Positions 29,901 to 39,862 of a stretch of 64,000 bases of DNA are shown piece after piece. The notes under the pieces are model-generated. The model worked only from the letters and a program-made list of their open reading frames with translations, was not told the origin of the DNA and searched no databases. Each line of letters starts with the position of its first letter. The stretch's first letter is position 1. The translations under genes were made by a program, and so were the position numbers. Source of the stretch: Saprospiraceae bacterium (GTDB taxonomy: Bacteria > Bacteroidota > Bacteroidia > Chitinophagales > Saprospiraceae); contig JALHLK010000007.1 of the NCBI GenBank assembly GCA_022844565.1, positions 12,050-76,049 on the forward strand. Reading direction: 5' to 3'.

Positions 29901-32900
29901 GGGGATATATCAACATAGAAGACAAGTTAGGACCGAAACTAGATGCACCGAAGGACACATGTGTATACTGTGTAGAAAGTACCTTGCCAACAAGAACAGG
30001 CCAAGCTACAGCAACGGACTGTGGTAGCACACCGAAGGTAGAGTACAGAGATGTAGTTGCTGCCTTTGCATGTAAAAAAGATGGAGATACAATACAAATC
30101 ATAACAAGAACATGGTTTGCAACAGATGATAAAGGAAATACGACAACAAGTGTACAGAAAATCTATGTAAAAGCCCTATCAAGCGATAGCATCAAGGCTC
30201 CAGTAGCACTTGTGACATTAGCATGTACAGACGCCTATACACCAGAAGCGATAGCGAGTAATTTAGGAGTAAGCTATGGATATCCACACTTTATCAGCCC
30301 AGTGACAGGCTTACCAGTAGCAATTACAAGAGGTAGCTCATGCCACTTTGAAGCAGATTATGTAGATAAGCCGATCATAGAAGAGACATGCAAAGCAAAC
30401 TGTAAGAGTACACAGAAAATACTACGAACATGGAATGTATTAAATTGGTGTACAGGCAAGGCTGAGAAATATCTGCAAGTGATCAAGTTGGAAGATAATG
30501 TAGCACCAACAATCAGAGTTACTAGCCCAAGCGAGACATATAGCGTGAATGCATGGGGATGTGATGTAGACATTACAATGCCAAATGCAACGGTACGAGA
30601 CGCATGCGATGCAGATGCTACAGTAGTAAGTATCCAAGGTCCAGTAGGAGTGAGTGTGGTGAAGAGAGGCAACACATGGGTAGCATTAAATGTACCAAGT
30701 GGCACACATACCTTCACATATTTTGCAAGTGACTGTTGTGGTAATGAAAGTACTGCAACGATCACAGTGAAAGTGGTAGACAGAGTGGCCCCAGTAGCGA
30801 CAGTGAAGGAGTTTATCACAGTGAGCTTGGTGCGAAGTGGTGATGAGAATATCTTAGGTATAGCAAAACTATTTGTAGACCAAGTAGACAATGGAAGTTA
30901 TGATAATTGTACGAAAGTTTACAGAGAGATTAGAAGAGAAGATGATGCACCTGGATGTCTAAATGCTGGAGATTTATGGGACCATGACAATAATCCGAGT
31001 ACACCTCGCATCCCATCATGGAACAATAATAGAACATACAATAACGACGGACATCTACAAGATAATCCAGAAGATACAGACAAAGGACAATTCGTCAAAT
31101 TCTGTTGTGAAGACATCGGAAAAGAAGTAAAAGTGTGGTTGCGCGTATGGGATGATGCGAATGGCTCAGGAATCTATGGTGACGTGGTAGATGGGTTATC
31201 AGACAATTACAATGAGACCTGGTCAAATGTAAAAGTAGAAGACAAGACGGTACCGAAGATCACTTGTAAGCCAGATGTGACGATCAATTGTTCAAGAGAT
31301 ACAGGAGCGGTGACAGAATACAACTTCTCACGCACGTGGATAAGCACTGTGGGTAAAGTACCAGCGCGAATGTTACCAGGAACAGAAGGTACATGTGGAG
31401 TGTATGAGTTTGAATTCAGAGATGAAGGAAGTTTGAATACATGTAATGTAGGCACATTCATAAGAGAATATCGAGTGAAAGCTCACCCAAGCGTGGTGTG
31501 CACAATGCGAATAGTAGTAGATAATACGACATCAAGTCCAGTGTTAGAATGGCCAATCGACTTACATGAGTGGTCAAGTTGTACATTGACAGAAGCAGAT
31601 ATATACGCTAATACAGTGAGAGCAATAAGAGCTGAGCAACTTAATGGATGTGGAGTAACGGGCACAGATCAGTGGATGTGTGAAGGCTTAACGGGCACAG
31701 AGTTAGCAAATTGTAGAAGAGCTCAAGCAACAAATGGGTTCACACCAAACTCAGGACCATTAGGATCAAGCTTGAGAGATAGAGTAAGGTTTAATTCAAA
31801 CTACAAGAATGTAGGCTGCGCAGTATTTGGCAAGAAATTGACAATAGAGGAGTATGCTGTAGGTGAAGGATGTAAGAAGTGGGTAGTAAGATGGGATTAC
31901 ATCAACTGGTGTGATAACAGTAATGCAGGCTGTAGAACAACGATCTACAAATACGAAGACACGACAGCCCCAGTGATCACAAGCTGCCCAGGAGCAGATG
32001 AGGATATCGAAGATGCGACATGTACGTTCCCAATCGTATTGAGACCAACAGCTACAGACGCTGGAGGATGCGATGCGGCATTGACATGGAGAGCACGAGT
32101 ATATGAAGGAACGAACATTGGTATCAATCCAATAGGAGCAGTCTTACGCACAGGTACAGGAGTAGGTACAAATCCGACGATTAGCTTTACAGGAGCCAAT
32201 GCCCTAGAAGCAGGTACGTACACGGTGAGATACTTTGTGACGGACGGATGTGGTAATGTAAGCGAGTGTGATGCGACAATCGGTATCTGGCCAAAAGCAG
32301 CGACACCATATTGTGTAAGCTTGAGCAGCGCAGTAATGAAGAATGGTTTAGTAGAATTGTGGGCAAGAGACTTTGACAGAGGAAGTTTCACAAATTGTGG
32401 ATCAGGAGTAATGTTATTCACGTTCAATAGAGGTGGAGTAGCAGAACATCCAGCACCAGCACAATTAGACAGCCAACACTACTTCAATGGTACGGGCAAC
32501 TTCTTAGCATTCAAAACAGATGCAGGAAATGCAACAGGTGAAGCAGCAGCAAGATCACTGTACAATGAAGGAAAGGCACAATTATGGTTACCAGATGTGA
32601 CGGTAAGACCGAGACCAACTTTACCAAACGGAACAGCACAAGATCCAGAAAGAATCGTAACAGGAGGCACATCAGGAATGAACTTTGGATGTAAAGCAGG
32701 TAATACGATCGGAGTGCCAATCACGGTAGAGATGCGAGTATGGGATAGAAGAAGCTTCAAAGCAGGAAGTACCCAAGGAAGTGACTTCTGCCAGACACGA
32801 TTGACCTTGATAGACAATCAAGGTGGCTGTGGAGCAAGTACACTGGTGCCAGTGGGCGGAACAGTACAGACCGAAGGAGTAGAGATGATGAACGAAGTAG

Positions 32901-34069
32901 AGGTAAGCTTACAAGCAGAATTGCCAGAATATCCTATAGCTACGAAGACAGACAAAGATGGTAAATACACATTTAGCAACTTACCAATCGGAGTAAACTA
33001 CACGATCGAAGCTAAGAAAGGAGATGACTACATCAATGGAGTGAATACATTAGACCTAGTACAGATTCAAAGACATATCTTAGGTATTAAGAAGTTAGAC
33101 AATCCGTACAAGTTGATAACAGCAGACGCAGATGGCGACAAAGCGATCCGGGTGAACGATATCGTGACATTGAGAAAAATGATCTTGGGTATTACAGACA
33201 AAATCGAAGATATGCCAAGCTGGAGATTTATCGATGCAAGTGATAGGATGGAGAACGGTCCATGGCCATTCCGAGAAGTGATAAGCCACGGAGCATTGAC
33301 GGAGACCACTATTAATAACAACTTCATAGGCGTAAAACTTGGTGATGTAGACGGTACAGCGAGTGCCAATACAGTAAGCAAATCTACACAACCTAGAAAC
33401 ACAGGTGTGAGATTGAGTGTAGAAGACAGAGCAATGAAAGCAGGTGAAGAGGTAGAAATATCATTGACAGCAGAACAGTTCAACGAAGTACACGGTATGC
33501 AGCTGACCCTAAGCCATGAAGGAATGGAGTTAATAAGCATAGACGGTAGAGCGATAGAAATGACAGCAGACCAGGTAGGAAAAGTAAGCAAAGACAAGAC
33601 TACGATGAGCTGGGCATCTGCAAATGGCACAACAGTAGCCCAAGGCAGTGAAGTAATGCGAATGAGATTCAGAGCTACGAAAGCACAGCAATTATCAAAT
33701 GCATTATCGATTACAAGCGAAGTGACAGGAGCAGAAGCATATGTAGGTACAGACATGGAGCGAAGCGCAATCGTATTGGAAATACGCAACGATGTTCGGC
33801 CGAACGTCTTCGACGTAGCTCAAAATGAGCCAAACCCATGGAAGACAAGCACTGTGATCAACTACACATTGCCACAAGCAGGTGCCGTGAAATTGACTGT
33901 CCTAGACATAACCGGAAAAGTCATACGGACGTATAATTCAAAAGGCGAAGTCGGGCAGAATCAAACAACGATCACACGTGAGCAATTGAACGGAGCAGCA
34001 GGAATCCTAATCTACAAGGTAGAGTCAGGAGCCTTCAGCGCACAGAGAAAGATGTTGGTGATAGAATAA
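26903..34069 (+). CDS. giant (2388 aa) T9SS-secreted adhesin-like protein
   Basis: Signal peptide, then two blocks of seven (M/F)PD(S/K)NT(I/L)A(V/I)-type blades (two predicted 7-bladed propellers). Next come Cys-rich HYR-like modules (e.g. DCCGNESTATITVKVVDRVAPV), a CarboxypepD_reg-like domain, a dockerin-like pair (DADGDKAIRVNDIVTLRKMILG), a cohesin-like region and a T9SS CTD (NEPNPW...VKLTVLDITGKVI...). Confidence 0.85.
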   Translation: MKNIYQIFIIIFSICFYSISFAQIQIGSDINSTSPISQLGTIVRMPDKFTIAVGAFNAGYCRVYRWDGIDWIQKGIDIPANTNGSDSYTDYLTMPDSNTLAVSIPNENGVGIKRGVVKIYTWNGNSWSAKGDNIFGEFDYHLSGSYISMPDSNTISIGSRYSGGARIFKWQNGVWIKKGNTIDVDWGQTVDMPDSNVVAVSSYYVSNFNNSEGRTKVYIWNGSDWSLKGSEIIGDPYQKEFGRSIIMPDSNTIAISSIANTPTIEARTTIFYFNGSNWVKKGSTINDEEIYDSYVNSISMPNSNTIAIGSDYSSEGGFARGQVRIFEWNGSSWVKRGKDLQGRLDYENFGRSVSMPTNDVIAVGAFRNYERFTEGGQVKIFEYGLNQPPPSGELLVINSECSNCNLSGGSVSLGSVSTLMGSIEFSDSLLQWSQSLPTYYQNGKSRVIYARSNYNGKYSDIVKVGCYEPGSCRVPEPPIGALETQDGNCINCNSIDGLVEIGTLVSNEGIIQYSFDNGNNWIKRIPKYEELIKYENIIASVVDSFSNCISEPLIVASKFQINRKGNELTSFFYDKKFGEVVEFPDKNTLAITTPGLNKTTVYKFVNNEWIQKGSDFYGNTYISMPDSNTISVGNSVFIWNGEFWVQKGNQIDLLNYGYTFSEMPDSNTIAFTIFYYNFEIGDFSREIKVYKWVNNEWIQKGNKIHLSKSGNYRSVITMPDSNTIAIGISGNSEYFYYGGLVRVYIWNGIEWVQKGSDLYGVSNESLGRSIDMPNKNILAISGGGNVGQSTPSTYIKILYWNGFEWISQGNINGRKELEYFSADESGSSTLSMPNENIISFTSRHKNGSSIYLYRYNKNNFIWEQFGIDNLGIDIEVDNVLISDDLNIAVGSHRIKVDFGEIGKVNVYSIDELGTCPDTCSQDTISQLTCQAEINLSLDSTCRISNIENIFLTSQGYLPSTHSLSFSTLNDEVVNRYDLSSYLGRKIKYTITHLPSNNSCWGYINIEDKLGPKLDAPKDTCVYCVESTLPTRTGQATATDCGSTPKVEYRDVVAAFACKKDGDTIQIITRTWFATDDKGNTTTSVQKIYVKALSSDSIKAPVALVTLACTDAYTPEAIASNLGVSYGYPHFISPVTGLPVAITRGSSCHFEADYVDKPIIEETCKANCKSTQKILRTWNVLNWCTGKAEKYLQVIKLEDNVAPTIRVTSPSETYSVNAWGCDVDITMPNATVRDACDADATVVSIQGPVGVSVVKRGNTWVALNVPSGTHTFTYFASDCCGNESTATITVKVVDRVAPVATVKEFITVSLVRSGDENILGIAKLFVDQVDNGSYDNCTKVYREIRREDDAPGCLNAGDLWDHDNNPSTPRIPSWNNNRTYNNDGHLQDNPEDTDKGQFVKFCCEDIGKEVKVWLRVWDDANGSGIYGDVVDGLSDNYNETWSNVKVEDKTVPKITCKPDVTINCSRDTGAVTEYNFSRTWISTVGKVPARMLPGTEGTCGVYEFEFRDEGSLNTCNVGTFIREYRVKAHPSVVCTMRIVVDNTTSSPVLEWPIDLHEWSSCTLTEADIYANTVRAIRAEQLNGCGVTGTDQWMCEGLTGTELANCRRAQATNGFTPNSGPLGSSLRDRVRFNSNYKNVGCAVFGKKLTIEEYAVGEGCKKWVVRWDYINWCDNSNAGCRTTIYKYEDTTAPVITSCPGADEDIEDATCTFPIVLRPTATDAGGCDAALTWRARVYEGTNIGINPIGAVLRTGTGVGTNPTISFTGANALEAGTYTVRYFVTDGCGNVSECDATIGIWPKAATPYCVSLSSAVMKNGLVELWARDFDRGSFTNCGSGVMLFTFNRGGVAEHPAPAQLDSQHYFNGTGNFLAFKTDAGNATGEAAARSLYNEGKAQLWLPDVTVRPRPTLPNGTAQDPERIVTGGTSGMNFGCKAGNTIGVPITVEMRVWDRRSFKAGSTQGSDFCQTRLTLIDNQGGCGASTLVPVGGTVQTEGVEMMNEVEVSLQAELPEYPIATKTDKDGKYTFSNLPIGVNYTIEAKKGDDYINGVNTLDLVQIQRHILGIKKLDNPYKLITADADGDKAIRVNDIVTLRKMILGITDKIEDMPSWRFIDASDRMENGPWPFREVISHGALTETTINNNFIGVKLGDVDGTASANTVSKSTQPRNTGVRLSVEDRAMKAGEEVEISLTAEQFNEVHGMQLTLSHEGMELISIDGRAIEMTADQVGKVSKDKTTMSWASANGTTVAQGSEVMRMRFRATKAQQLSNALSITSEVTGAEAYVGTDMERSAIVLEIRNDVRPNVFDVAQNEPNPWKTSTVINYTLPQAGAVKLTVLDITGKVIRTYNSKGEVGQNQTTITREQLNGAAGILIYKVESGAFSAQRKMLVIE

Positions 34070-34535
34070 GCTGTGAGCTTTGAGCGATGAGCTGTTAGCT
34101 AGATCAACGTAAATAAATGAGTCTCGGTTTCAATAAAATGAAATCGGGGCTTTTTGTTTTATAGCCCAGATTGAGTGACGACAAGCTCCTAATGGCTTGC
34201 CAAATTTATTTGGCAAAATATGAATCCAAATTTCTTTGGTTTGCCATTAAGAAAATAATACAAATACGGCAATGGGGTAAATTGAAAAATTGGTTAATGT
34301 TCAAATGATCTATAGTTGAAAATGTTCAAATTAACCAATGTTCAAATGATCTAATGTTGAAAATGTATAGATATAGAAAAGGCATCAACGACGTAAGTTT
34401 TTGTTGCCTTTTTTAAGTGCCATTTGTTTGTACCCATACCTATAAAGTACCAAAATTACTGCCACTTTCTTCATTTTTTTGGGTTTCTCAAAATAATTTA
34501 CTTATTTTTATGATGGTCAAGCATTTGTACAAAGC

Positions 34536-36053
34536 TTACCTTACCATGCTCCCCACAAAAACGGGTGGATTCTTTTTATCCGTCATCATATGTTCATACT
34601 TTACGCTGATATTTTCTTTGTCAAAAGTGCAAAGGATATTTTCTGTATGAGGACCTTCTATGTATTTAATGGCTAGTTTTAACTCCGTGTCGGAGATCCA
34701 AGTACAAGAGCCGAAAGTCTCAAAAGGAGCAAGGCCTTCTTGACTGTTTTTGGCTTGACCAGCTAAGTTGGGGCCTTTTCGATCGGTTATGGTTTTTGTC
34801 CATTTATTTTTGCCAAGGGTGTATGAGTGTGTTTTGCCTTTTTGCTCGAGTACTATTTTGCAACTTTTTTTGTCATCAGAGATGGTGATGGATTCGAAGG
34901 GCATCATGGCTTTGGATTCCAATTTGTATTGCTTTGGTGTGGTACCACTGTATGATTTTGAAGAAGGGGTAGTATTCAAGGGGGCTATGTGTAAGGAAGC
35001 TAATTTTTTGGTCAATTTTTTAGTTTCTCCAGATTTAGGTAGTGGTGTGTTACTTTTGAATGCGGGTATGAGGTGGTCCCAAACGAGTTTCATGCCTTTG
35101 CCCATGTCATTCATTTCAGATGTGATGACGATAACAGCGTTTTGGTCTGCTAATTGGATGATGTATTGACCAAATGCTCCATCTGCGCGATAATGATTGT
35201 GGCTTCCTCTCCACATTTGATAGCCGTAACCTTGCTCCCATTCGTTTCTGTTTTCAGTTTTGGAAGGGTTTTGGAATATTTGAGCTTTGGTGGCTTCAGC
35301 AATCCAGGATTGAGGCACAATTTGTTTGCCATTCCACAGGCCTTTTTGCAAGAAAAGTTGCCCAAATTTAGCCATATCTTCCGTTTTGATGCGCAATCCC
35401 CAGCCGCCTACATTGATACCCATTGGATCAGACTCCCAGTCCATGCCTTTGATACCAAGTGGATCAAAAAGTCGGGGTTTTAGGTAGTCTATCAATTTTT
35501 GACCCGTTACTTTTTGGACAATGGCAGAGAGCATATACGTAGCAGCCGAATTGTACAAAAAGCGTGAACCTGGTTCGTAATCATAGGTCGAAGCTAAAAA
35601 GCCTTTTACCCAATCGTCACCCACCATAGATAGACCAGGCTCTTTTGCCATCCCTACACTCATTGTCAATAGGTGATGGATAGAAAGTTTTGATAAGTTT
35701 TCAGACACATTTTCGGGTAATTTGTCTGGGAAGAAGGATATGACTTTGTCTTTTACGTTGATTTTACCCTCTTCTTGTAATAAACCTATTGCAGTAGCAG
35801 TAAAACTCTTGCTCACAGAGTACATTGTGTGTTTTAAGTTTGGTCCGTATGGAGACCACCATCCTTCTGCTATTTTTTTCCCATTTTTCAAAATCATCAG
35901 ACTGTGAAATTCCAAGCCACTGCTGTTTGCAGCATCGATGAAGTTACTAATTTGTGACGAAGAGACACCTTCTGCTTCAGGTGTACTTTTCGGAAAAGTG
36001 CCTTGGCCGTAAAGCGATGCTGTAAGGAAAACGAGTAAAAGAATTCTTACCAT
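34536..36053 (-). CDS. exported serine hydrolase (beta-lactamase / class C-like family)
   Basis: 505 aa with a signal peptide, the S-x-x-K motif SVSKSF, and a C-terminal extra domain. Confidence 0.85.
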   Translation of the reverse strand: MVRILLLVFLTASLYGQGTFPKSTPEAEGVSSSQISNFIDAANSSGLEFHSLMILKNGKKIAEGWWSPYGPNLKHTMYSVSKSFTATAIGLLQEEGKINVKDKVISFFPDKLPENVSENLSKLSIHHLLTMSVGMAKEPGLSMVGDDWVKGFLASTYDYEPGSRFLYNSAATYMLSAIVQKVTGQKLIDYLKPRLFDPLGIKGMDWESDPMGINVGGWGLRIKTEDMAKFGQLFLQKGLWNGKQIVPQSWIAEATKAQIFQNPSKTENRNEWEQGYGYQMWRGSHNHYRADGAFGQYIIQLADQNAVIVITSEMNDMGKGMKLVWDHLIPAFKSNTPLPKSGETKKLTKKLASLHIAPLNTTPSSKSYSGTTPKQYKLESKAMMPFESITISDDKKSCKIVLEQKGKTHSYTLGKNKWTKTITDRKGPNLAGQAKNSQEGLAPFETFGSCTWISDTELKLAIKYIEGPHTENILCTFDKENISVKYEHMMTDKKNPPVFVGSMVR

Positions 36054-36055
36054 GA

Positions 36056-37072
36056 TTATTGTTTTTTAAATGGATAAATGACTTTTGTCACATATTTAGA
36101 CGGATCTTTCTCTTGTATAGGATCGGTGATGTATTCTTCTATAGCAGGACCATTTTTTACTAAACTTCTATCCATCATGTAGGTTTTGATGGCTTCGTGT
36201 ACGAGATCAAGCGTTTTGTAATCACCTTTATGTTCTACTTCAATGGCCGTCTGAGGAGGAATATTTAAGTAAGAAAGGTCCTTTATTTCACGAGCTATAT
36301 TGATGGGTACACCTGCTGCCATATCGGTTTCTAATTTCAGTTGATCGTAGTAGAAGTAAAGTGCTACTGGTTTTCCAGTCATAGTGAGGCCTTCACTTTG
36401 TATTTTTTGAAAAATGGGACCTAAGCTTTGTGCATAGAAGCCTCTCACTTCAGCAGCTTTGACAGTTTTCCTATTCATTGCATATTTTCTATCAGATAGC
36501 AAGGTTTCGTTGATCTTAAATCCATTGTATATTTGCTCACTCATCCTTTGTAACGCTATCTTTTCGATATTATCGAGCCCCTTTTTATAGCTTTTTCCGA
36601 TCATATATTTAAAAAAAGGTGCCATCACATTGAAAGGGAACTCCAATCGAGTGTCCATGGTCCAAGTCACATTGGTTTCATTGCCTTTTGGCTCGAATTT
36701 GAAGGCATATTTAGACCCTTTTTGACCCTCAAAAGCGATATCTGACTCTATCAAATCGTTAGTGACGGATTTGGTATATATATTAGATCCATTACCTACT
36801 ACTTCTGAGGTCCAGGAAGACGCTGCACCTATACCTTCCCACTTTTTACCTACTTCGAAATTGATTTTCGGATCTTCCATTATAAAGGGATTCCATTGTC
36901 GACTATCCTTAAGATTATTAGCTAAGTTGAATACATAAGTGACGGGAGCTTTGATCAATTTAGATCGGCTAACAGTTACATTTTTAGGCATAAATATTCC
37001 TAAGATGAGGAATAAAACCAAAATAATAGCTAAAACAATTGCTACTTTTTTCCACCATGGCATTTTTGTCAT
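36056..37072 (-). CDS. membrane-anchored SRPBCC-like + GyrI-like (effector-binding) two-domain protein
   Basis: 338 aa with an N-terminal TM anchor. The domain calls are by pattern similarity only. Confidence 0.5.
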   Translation of the reverse strand: MTKMPWWKKVAIVLAIILVLFLILGIFMPKNVTVSRSKLIKAPVTYVFNLANNLKDSRQWNPFIMEDPKINFEVGKKWEGIGAASSWTSEVVGNGSNIYTKSVTNDLIESDIAFEGQKGSKYAFKFEPKGNETNVTWTMDTRLEFPFNVMAPFFKYMIGKSYKKGLDNIEKIALQRMSEQIYNGFKINETLLSDRKYAMNRKTVKAAEVRGFYAQSLGPIFQKIQSEGLTMTGKPVALYFYYDQLKLETDMAAGVPINIAREIKDLSYLNIPPQTAIEVEHKGDYKTLDLVHEAIKTYMMDRSLVKNGPAIEEYITDPIQEKDPSKYVTKVIYPFKKQ

Positions 37073-37304
37073 TTTTCCTTATTGATTAATGTTGAAAATC
37101 AAAAATAGGTAAATTATTTTAAGATCTGATTGTTCTGGTTTTAAAAAAGAAAAATCGAATAAATTTTTTCAAAAGTAGATCTTATAAATTTTTGAAAAAT
37201 GAGAAACTCCTGAAGTGTGTATTAATGCCCCTTTTCATTCAAATCCTTGTTTAAAGTAGTAAAACTTAATCCATTCATTTAGTTTTTGAACAAGCAAATG
37301 TACT

Positions 37305-37595
37305 TTAATACTTAGGTTTGCTTTGAATGGAGATATCTCCTTTTGTTTTTCTGGTAGAACTCACCGTAATGACCCTAAAAGTATGAGAATTTATTGTGAT
37401 TGTGATCTTATTTTCAGGGTTAGAAACATAATAATTTTTGCCAATTTTTACAAAATACTGATCTTCGGTTTGAGATAAAGTTGTGAATATCAATTTTTCT
37501 ATCTCCGGTCTTTCTAATTGAGTCTGAAGCTTTTTATTAATTCTTAAGTATACTAAGTCTGTATAACAAATATTTTTTAAAATAGTCTCTTTCAT
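37305..37595 (-). CDS. DUF3781-like small protein
   Basis: Motifs ICYTDLVYLRINKKL and IGKNYYV...ITINSHTFRVITV resemble DUF3781. I place the start at the internal Met (MKETILKN) because the listed start at 37724 overlaps rluF by 83 nt. Confidence 0.45.
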   Translation of the reverse strand: MKETILKNICYTDLVYLRINKKLQTQLERPEIEKLIFTTLSQTEDQYFVKIGKNYYVSNPENKITITINSHTFRVITVSSTRKTKGDISIQSKPKY

Positions 37596-37641
37596 ACTTT
37601 TTGATACAACGAAATGTCCAATTAAAACGTAGCAAATAGGC

Positions 37642-38655
37642 TTATTTTGATCTCCTATTGTCAACTTTAGGTCGAGACTTTCCAATTCTTTTTCCACTGG
37701 GTGGTTTAGGAAATTTTGAATCATTTGCCTTTTTAGATCTACTCAAGGTTGATTTTTTATCTTTAGTTTTTTCATCAGTTTTTTCTTTTGAAGCAGTAGG
37801 GGATTTTTTGTCAGAAAATTTATCCTTATGGAAGGAAGATTGAGTTGATTGTCCATCTTGAATAAATTTTTTGAAAGGTTTTTTGCCAAATTTCTTCTTC
37901 TTTTGGATTTCTTTTGATTCGTCTTTTGGTAAATACTCAGAAGATGACCCTTTGGTAAGTTGATGTATTTCTTCCATCTCCTCGTCTGTTAAATCTCGCC
38001 ACTCTCCCAAAGGAATACCCTTGAGTCTAATATTCATTATGCGTATTCGTTCGAGCTTCACAACTTCGTAACCAAAGTATTCGCACATTCTTCTGATTTG
38101 TCTATTGAGACCTTGTATGAGTGTTATTCTAAAGGATTTTACTCCCTCTCGAGTTACTTTACATTTTTTTGTGACAGTGCCCATGATCGGTACTCCCTTA
38201 GACAAACCGCTTATCACAACATCAGTAAGTGCTTTATCAACAGTGACGATGTATTCCTTTTCGTGATTATTTCCTGCTCTGAGTATTTTATTGACGAGAT
38301 CACCATTATTGGTTAAGAAGATAAGACCTTGGGAATCTTTGTCTAATCTACCAATGGGGAATATCCGATCTGGATGGTTGACAAACTGAACGATATTGTC
38401 TCTGACATTTTCAGTAGTTGATACAATCCCAACAGGCTTATTTAAAGCTATAAAAATTACTTCCTCCTCTAATCTTGATTTTAGAAGCTTGCCATTTATT
38501 CTTACTTTATCACCTCGTTTGATTTCATCACCTTTATTGGCAATTGTCCCATTTATAGTAACTTGACCATCAATAATAAGTTTGTCTGCCTCTCTTCGGG
38601 AGCAAAATCCACTTTCACTGATGAATTTATTTAACCAGATTGTTTCGTCCGCCAT
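37642..38655 (-). CDS. rluF: 23S rRNA pseudouridine synthase (RsuA/RluF type) with a Lys-rich tail
   Basis: S4 domain [20 protein letters not shown], catalytic motif [12 protein letters not shown], and a basic C-terminal extension. Confidence 0.85.
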   Translation of the reverse strand: MADETIWLNKFISESGFCSRREADKLIIDGQVTINGTIANKGDEIKRGDKVRINGKLLKSRLEEEVIFIALNKPVGIVSTTENVRDNIVQFVNHPDRIFPIGRLDKDSQGLIFLTNNGDLVNKILRAGNNHEKEYIVTVDKALTDVVISGLSKGVPIMGTVTKKCKVTREGVKSFRITLIQGLNRQIRRMCEYFGYEVVKLERIRIMNIRLKGIPLGEWRDLTDEEMEEIHQLTKGSSSEYLPKDESKEIQKKKKFGKKPFKKFIQDGQSTQSSFHKDKFSDKKSPTASKEKTDEKTKDKKSTLSRSKKANDSKFPKPPSGKRIGKSRPKVDNRRSK

Positions 38656-38728
38656 AATTAGATACTATAAATTTTAAGACACAAAGCTAGTGTTTATCAT
38701 GCTGTAAACCCCAAAGATGTGGATAATT

Positions 38729-39547
38729 TTATCCGATCTCCAATTTATACCCCACCCCATGGACATTTGATATCTTAATCTTATCGTCATGGATCAATTT
38801 TTTTCGCAACTTAGAAACCAACACATCCAAGTTTTTTGAAACAACTAATACACCACTTTCTGCCCAAATCTCATTCATTAAAAAATCCCTATTAAGAATT
38901 TCGTCTTTTTGATTTAAAAAAATGGTTAGTAACTTTGCTTCTTTTTCTGTTAAAACTTCATTTTGATTTTCAAAAAATAAGACTTTTTTCTTAGGATCAA
39001 AGGAATAGGTACCTATAGAAAATAATTCCTCTGAACTCTTGACATCTATATCTTTAAATTTATGTCTAAACAAAAACAATGGAACCAAAACAATAGGAAA
39101 AATAAACATAACCAACCACAGTCTATTTTGATCTTTTAAAATGGTAATTTCGATGGTGTAACATCCTTCTGGTAAATCTCTACCAGCACATGGTGTGATA
39201 CTGTCTTTTGATGGATTAAACATAAAAGATAAGTATACATCTTTAGATTTACATTCTTTGAGTTCTGAAATAAACTCTGTTATGCCAATTCTACCCAATT
39301 CAAATGCAATGATCTTATACAGTGAGTCCGCCTTGACATATAAAGGCTTATCAAATGAAATAGCATATAGATTGTCATCTAAAGTCTGTATCGGCAACAC
39401 TCTGGTAGAAGAGTCATTGCTAGAAAGTAATAACCGATGGCCAATTTGTCTAAAAACCACTTCGCGCTCTTTATGCATTGGAGAGCAAAATAGATATGAT
39501 GACATCATACCTATGAAACAAAATATTAAAATTATTTTTCTTAGCAT
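38729..39547 (-). CDS. membrane-anchored one-component regulator: exported N-terminal domain, TM helix, C-terminal OmpR/PhoB-type winged helix
   Basis: 272 aa. N-terminal hydrophobic signal, mid-protein TM LWLVMFIFPIVLVPLFLF, and a C-terminal trans_reg_C pattern LTEKEAKLLTIFL...ILNRDFLMNEIW...SKNLDVLVSKLRKKL...IKISNVHGVGYKL. Confidence 0.75.
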   Translation of the reverse strand: MLRKIILIFCFIGMMSSYLFCSPMHKEREVVFRQIGHRLLLSSNDSSTRVLPIQTLDDNLYAISFDKPLYVKADSLYKIIAFELGRIGITEFISELKECKSKDVYLSFMFNPSKDSITPCAGRDLPEGCYTIEITILKDQNRLWLVMFIFPIVLVPLFLFRHKFKDIDVKSSEELFSIGTYSFDPKKKVLFFENQNEVLTEKEAKLLTIFLNQKDEILNRDFLMNEIWAESGVLVVSKNLDVLVSKLRKKLIHDDKIKISNVHGVGYKLEIG

Positions 39548-39587
39548 GGTGCAAATTTAGATCAAAAAACAAATGCTTTGTGCTAGA

Positions 39588-39655
39588 TTTACTAAAATTT
39601 ACTCTTTTTTTACAAGTAAAACCTATATTATCAACCATTAGTACCACTACATTTG
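39588..39655 (+). promoter_or_regulatory. candidate promoter/operator: three phased TTTAC(T/A) direct repeats plus a TACATTTG -7 box
   Basis: TTTACT 39588, TTTACT 39598, TTTACA 39609 (10- and 11-nt spacing); TACATTTG at 39648..39655. The same architecture occurs at 41285..41352. Confidence 0.4.
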
Positions 39656-39669
39656 TGTATTCTTAAAAA

Positions 39670-39833
39670 GTAACTATTCAGGACCCCGACTGTTCAACCA
39701 AAAAATTTTCATTTTAAGTGATCCATCGGCTTTATTTTTTCATCAATAGCGATGCTATTAATTCAAAAAAGAGCCTCGTCTGACATAAAATGTCCTTATT
39801 TTTATGATTTGAACGGGGGGCCTGAATAGTTAC
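39670..39833. mobile_element. 164-bp MITE-like insertion with 8-bp target-site duplication
   Basis: Terminal inverted repeats GTAACTATTCAGG(A)CCCC / GGGG(GG)CCTGAATAGTTAC, flanked by direct CTTAAAAA (39662..39669 and 39834..39841). The paralogous upstream region at 41353..41394 lacks this element. Confidence 0.75.
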
Positions 39834-39862
39834 CTTAAAAATTTTACCTAAATTTTTTCAAA

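Noticed and set aside
29677-33789. Eleven minus-strand or alternative-frame ORFs (60-240 aa) inside the giant adhesin gene
   Set aside because: They lie entirely within a well-supported 2388-aa ORF. They are explained by the T-poor coding strand, which removes stop codons on the complement. Their translations are low-complexity S/T/V/L-rich.
37596-37724. Long form of the 139-aa ORF overlapping the 3' end of rluF by 83 nt
   Set aside because: A same-strand overlap of that length is unlikely. The internal Met gives a DUF3781-sized protein without the overlap.
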